This document shows positions 9,134 to 13,438 of a DNA stretch of 13,438 bases, piece after piece. The first letter of the stretch is position 1. Each line of letters starts with the position of its first letter. Origin of the DNA: Octopus sinensis (taxonomy: Eukaryota); assembly GCF_006345805.1 (NCBI RefSeq), contig NW_021826164.1:1-13438 (forward strand). The letters are read 5' to 3'. The notes beneath the pieces are model-generated. The model had not been told where the DNA came from. It searched no databases and saw nothing but the letters and a program-made list of their open reading frames with translations. The position numbers and the translations under genes are program-made.

Positions 9134-9883
9134 TCCTAACTTCATAATTATTAACCGATGTATTTTAGAACTACCAACGTCACGACATGATGTTGCTAAT
9201 TTTAATTGCCGGTGCTCTTTTGGTTATACTAGCTTTCATTTTTCCCTCTTGAGGAGAAGGGGAGAAATTGTAACGCTTGCCTGATAGAATCGTAGGTGTT
9301 GCATTGTTTTAGTTATCGATGTTGTAGTTATTGCTGACTTCATTTTTAGTTTGTTTGCTTTTCCTATTCTTTTTTTTTTCTTCAATATTTTTTTTGCAGA
9401 TATAACTTCTACCGCCTATGTTATTGCTTCATTGCCGTTGTTTATCTTTAATAAAGAAATCAAGTATCTAATTGACCTCTGATATCTTATTAAGAGACAA
9501 TTTCCTCAATCGATTAAGTATTATAATACATTGTAATTTCATCATTTCACCTTCTTTAAACGTCTCCCTCTCCCGCTGTCGCTCCTTTCCTTTCGTGATA
9601 GCTCTAGCTGTCTAGCTCTCTCTTTCTATTCGTTCTACCTATCTCTGTATTCAATTTATTCTGCTCGCCATCCGCCTCCTCACCCCACTTACTCACTCTA
9701 TTAATTGATACTTCTTTCTTTCAATAACTTCATTTCATAATCTCATAATGTTTTTATAAATTGCTATGAACAAACGAATTGACGTTACTCAGTTTCATGT
9801 TGGTCTCCTTTCATTTAGATTAATTTTTTGATATTCATATACACATTACTCAGATATACATACATATCGCCGTATATAAACAC

Positions 9884-9964
9884 ATATATATATATATATT
9901 ACACACAAACACACACATATGTTGTATACAAACTTATATATATATATATAATATAATTATATAT

Positions 9965-9995
<31 letters not shown>

Positions 9996-10060
9996 GCATA
10001 TATGTATATGTAATATGTTTTTTATACATTATATATATTTACATAGAAATGTATATATAA
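9884..10060. repeat. (TA)n/(CA)n low-complexity tract
   Basis: Read directly. Confidence 0.85.
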
Positions 10061-10315
10061 ATATCCAATGCAAATTACACAGCCATATATCCATATACAT
10101 CTACACATATATATGTGTATGTCCGTGTGTCTATGTATGTGTGCGTATAAAGAAACGGTAGACTGTGTCTTCGAATTTTCAATTTACGAGCTGCCATGAA
10201 TGCGACGCCGACTGACAAAGCCAAACATTCGAAGTCGCTATTAATGTTTTCGTTGTACTAAGCAATAAATATATAAACCGCTAAAATTATTTGAGCGATA
10301 TATTTATGGAAATTC

Positions 10316-10457
10316 GGTTTAAAATTTTGGCAAGGAGAAGGGAATTTCGAATGGTACTTGTATTTGTCGACCCGGGAAGGATGAAAGTCATAGGCAACAA
10401 CGGAGGAATGTGAACTCAGGACGGATAAAATGCTGCTGAGCATATTACTCGGCGTTC
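10316..10457 (-). mobile_element. Old type A SINE lacking its first ~23 nt
   Basis: Reverse complement contains CTGAGTTCACATTCC, GACTTTCATCCTTCCCGGGTCGACAAATACAAGTACCA and the 3' end TTGCCAAAATTTTAAACC. Confidence 0.7.
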
Positions 10458-10787
10458 TATTTCTTTATTGCCCACAAGGGGCTAAACATAGAGGGGACAC
10501 ACAAGTACAAAGGGATTAAGTCGTTTACATCGACCCCAGTGCGTAACTGGTTCTTAATTTATCGACCTCGGCGGAATTTGAACTCAGAACGTAGCGGCAG
10601 ACGAAATACCTATTCTTTACTACTAACAGAGAGGACAAAGAAGGACAGACAGATGGATTAAGTCGATTATATCGACCCCAGTGCGTAACTGTTACAAATC
10701 GGCGGAATTTGAACTGAGAACGTAACGCCAACGAAATACCGCTAAGTATTTCGCCAGGCGTGCTAACGATTCTGCCAGTTCGCTGCC
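10458..10787 (-). mobile_element. Type A SINE dimer with internal deletions
   Basis: Head at 10787, unit junction at about 10609/10610 (reverse complement GTAGTAAAGAATAG|GTATTTCGTC), 3' end GGGCAATAAAGAAATA. Both units lack the CTTTCATCCTTTC segment. Confidence 0.85.
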
Positions 10788-10804
10788 TTCTTTCTCTTTA
10801 ATAT

Positions 10805-11018
10805 TACTTTCAAATGTTGGTATAAGGCCAGCAAGTTCAAGGAAGGTGGGTAAATCGATAATATCGACCCTAGTGCTTAACTAGTACTTGTTTTATCGAC
10901 TCCGAATGTTTGAAAGGCAAAGACGTTCTCGGCGTAATTTTAACTCAGAATGTAAAAACGGTCGAAATGCCGAGAATCACTTTGCCCACCATGCTAATGG
11001 TTCTGCTAGCACATCGCC
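10805..11018 (-). mobile_element. Old type A SINE with a 17-bp flanking direct repeat
   Basis: Homologous to 491-690. Flanked by TTCTTTCTCTTTAATAT (10788-10804) and TTCTTTCTGTTTAATAT (11019-11035). Confidence 0.8.
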
Positions 11019-11046
11019 TTCTTTCTGTTTAATATCAAATGGCTTG

Positions 11047-11383
11047 AAAATGGTTAGCAGACCCAATGCGTATATATCTTGGGTCAGCGTTTTCTTTTAA
11101 AACCTTAGGCATAACAATATTCAGTAAGTAAATTTCCTAAACGGAAGCTGTGAAAACCCGTCGTATACATGCGTGTGTGTGTGTGTGTGTCTATGTGTAT
11201 GAATTTTTGTGACAATGTATGTAGCTCTTGACAACCAGTGGTGGTTTGTTTACATCCCCGTAACTTATAGACCTATCGCATAATTACTTGATTTTAAAGA
11301 ATTAGTCAAGGAGTCGATTTGTTCAAAACGGTGCTCCAGCATGACCGCAGACAAATGACCGAAAAAAAAATCTAAAGATAAAA
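11047..11383 (+). mobile_element. Diverged type B SINE
   Basis: ATCTTGGGTCAGCGTTTTC, ACGGAAGCTG...CCCGTCGTAT, central (TG)n, CTTGACAACC...TTTACATCCCCGTAACTTA, CGGTGCTCCAGCATGACCGCAG. 5' boundary approximate. Confidence 0.75.
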
Positions 11384-11813
11384 TGGCAACGGTGACTATT
11401 ATAGCCATATCATGTCTGTTACAAGTTTCCATCAAAGAAAGACGCTATTAGATGGTACCAAAGCTGATGGCATATCTTACACACGGAAAACTGTCAAAAA
11501 CGATAGAATTCCAGACATCGAATCAATTTATTCCACTTTGTAACATATTTTGTAATACCTTATGCTTTCGCAAAAAAATTGTGGAATTACTGTCTGTCTA
11601 CTCAAGGTATGTTTTATTCTGCTCTATAAAACGGAACAATATGTTACGTCTGGCACCGCAGATGTGTTAAAAGAACACAAGAGCTATTATATTTGTTTTT
11701 TTTTTAAATATATTCATTAAATTGTTTTGTCTTGTTTTCTGTTTTCTGTTATTTTGTGTAAATACCATTTACGTAGTGTATTTGCACGGTTTTTCACATT
11801 CATATAGATGATG

Positions 11814-12047
11814 TCTTTTACTCTTTTACTCTTTTATTTGTTTCAGTCATTTGACTGCGGCCATGCTGGAGCACCGCCTTTAGTCGAGCAAATCGACCCC
11901 GGGACTTATTCTTTGTAAGCCCAGTCCTTATTCTATCGGTTTCTTTTGCCGAACCGCTAAGTGACGGGGACGTAAACACACCAGCATCGGTTGTCAAGCA
12001 ATGCTAGGGGCCAAACAGACACACAATCACACACACACACACACACA

Positions 12048-12096
<49 letters not shown>

Positions 12097-12263
12097 ACAT
12101 ATACGACAGGCTTCTTTCAGTTTCCGTCTACCAATCCACTCACAAGGTATTGGTCGGCCCGGGGCTATAGCAGAAGACACTTGCCCAAGATGCCACACAG
12201 TGGGACTGAACCCGCAACCATGTGGTTGGTTAGCAAGCTACTTACCACACAGCCACTCCTGCC
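11814..12263 (-). mobile_element. Near full-length young type B SINE
   Basis: Reverse complement of 7766-8227 at roughly 94-95% identity by eye outside the central microsatellite. Confidence 0.92.
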
Positions 12264-12271
12264 ACTTTCAT

Positions 12272-12480
12272 ATTTTATTTTTCACCTTTTTCGGTCAAAA
12301 GAATGCGGCCATGCTGGGGCACTTCCTTGATGAATCTTTTAGTCGAATGAATAGACCCAAGTACTTCTATGAATCTCTTTTGGCGAAATGCTAAGTTACG
12401 GGGGCACGTAACACACCAACAACGGTTTTCAAATGGTATTGGAAGACAAATGCAGATACAGAAATACACACGCATATATA
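12272..12480 (-). mobile_element. 3' half of an old type B SINE
   Basis: TGCGGCCATGCTGGGGCAC, CTTTTGGCGAAATGCTAAGTTACGGGG and ACACACCAACAACGGTT match 11850-12000. Confidence 0.75.
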
Positions 12481-12488
12481 TGTAGGTG

Positions 12489-12539
<51 letters not shown>

Positions 12540-12562
12540 CTGTGTGTATGTGTGTGTGACAA

Positions 12563-12857
12563 GGCGCATGGCTCAGTGGTTCGAGCGTCGGGCTCATAAT
12601 CAGGATGTAGTGTGTTCGATTCCTGGATCGGGTTGTGTTTTGGGGCAAGACACTTATTTCACGTTGCTCCATTTCACTGTAGAAATGAGTTTGCGTCGTC
12701 ATTGGTGCCAAGATGCATCGGCCCCTTTGCCTTTCCCTTGGATAACATCGGTGGCAACTACTGTTCTTCATTACACAAACTTGACCCGACTTGTGCTTCG
12801 AAGGGCAACTTTCCAGGTGCAATCCCATGGTCATTCATGTCCGAATGACTTCACTCT
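12563..12857 (+). mobile_element. tRNA-derived SINE, type C (CORE-like), tail variant 2
   Basis: GGCGCATGGCTCAGTGGTTCGAGCG (A-box), GTTCGATTCC (B-box), GGGCAAGACACTTATTTCACGTTGCTCCA core. 3' end approximate. Confidence 0.8.
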
Positions 12858-12890
12858 CGTATGTATATATGTATGTATGTTTTTTTTTTC

Positions 12891-13050
12891 ATCTCGGATT
12901 ATGGCTGTTGTTGCTTAGTGAGTGGGATTGACTCAGTGCACAGACTTTCCTCACTTTAAAAAAGCTTCTTGCACAGGTATTGCACGATAACAACATTGAC
13001 TAAGCTTCATGCAATGGCCATACTCGATAACGAGGGGGCAGCCGCCATGT
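12891..13050 (+). mobile_element. Possible 3' terminus of a non-LTR retroelement (RTE-like) with an (ATGT)n tail
   Basis: Complex island ending in a small hairpin CTCG-ATAA-CGAG (13023-13034), then GGGGCAGCCGCC and a tandem tail. This resembles the stem-loop plus short-repeat 3' ends of RTE elements; inference only. Confidence 0.35.
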
Positions 13051-13124
13051 ATATATGTATGTTGTATGTATGTATGTATGTATATGTCTGTATGTAGTAT
13101 GTTGTATGTGTTGTGTGTGTGTAG

Positions 13125-13167
<43 letters not shown>
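13047..13167. repeat. (TATG)n microsatellite
   Basis: Read directly. Confidence 0.92.
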
Positions 13168-13168
<1 letters not shown>

Positions 13169-13171
<3 letters not shown>

Positions 13172-13292
13172 TTCCGTCAGATAATTCCACTCAGAAATCT
13201 TTGGCCGGCCCGACAGTATAGTAGGAGACACATAAGGTGCCACGCAGTAGGACTGAACCCGGAATCATGTAACACACAGTCGTCCTTGCGCC
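13169..13292 (-). mobile_element. 5' half of an old type B SINE
   Basis: TTTCCGTC...TCCACTCA...GGCCCG...TATAGTAGGAGACAC...GTGCCACGCAGTAGGACTGAACCC...TGCGCC matches 12121-12263 with an internal deletion. Confidence 0.75.
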
Positions 13293-13438
13293 TATACATA
13301 AAATATACTTTTTCATTTTGTCTAAGCAATGTTCTCGATAGTTAAATTAGTTTTAACATATGTAGGGTATAGAGGAGATGAAAAGAGGAAATGATACAAA
13401 AAGTACTTCGTGACGATGAACTAATAAAAATACGATTG

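Noticed and set aside
8393-9284. 250-aa poly-Asp and 200-aa poly-Ser ORFs as genes
   Set aside because: Their length comes from the stop-free (CAT)n tract; flanking peptide has no recognisable domain and several frames are open at once.
12563-12632. SINE heads as true tRNA genes (also 978, 6135, 7230, 7766)
   Set aside because: A and B boxes are present but I could not fold an intact cloverleaf, and each runs straight into a SINE body.

Overview
AT-rich eukaryotic non-coding DNA, either intergenic or intronic. The repeat families look like those of a coleoid cephalopod, most likely Octopus (recognised from memory, not searched). No intact protein-coding gene is supported: nearly all listed ORFs are read-throughs of microsatellites or SINEs. 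The window is a mosaic of microsatellites and at least three tRNA-headed SINE types (my labels A, B and C). It also holds a 655-bp fold-back mariner derivative built from two inverted 5' ends, a ~186-bp element in (TA)n carrying a degenerate minimal hammerhead-ribozyme motif, and a possible RTE-like 3' end. Most notable are the palindromic mariner, the hammerhead-like element, two SINEs flanked by unusually long (62 to >=63 bp) direct repeats, a 3 x 184-bp multimeric SINE with a chimeric middle unit, and a near-identical inverted SINE pair that could form dsRNA.
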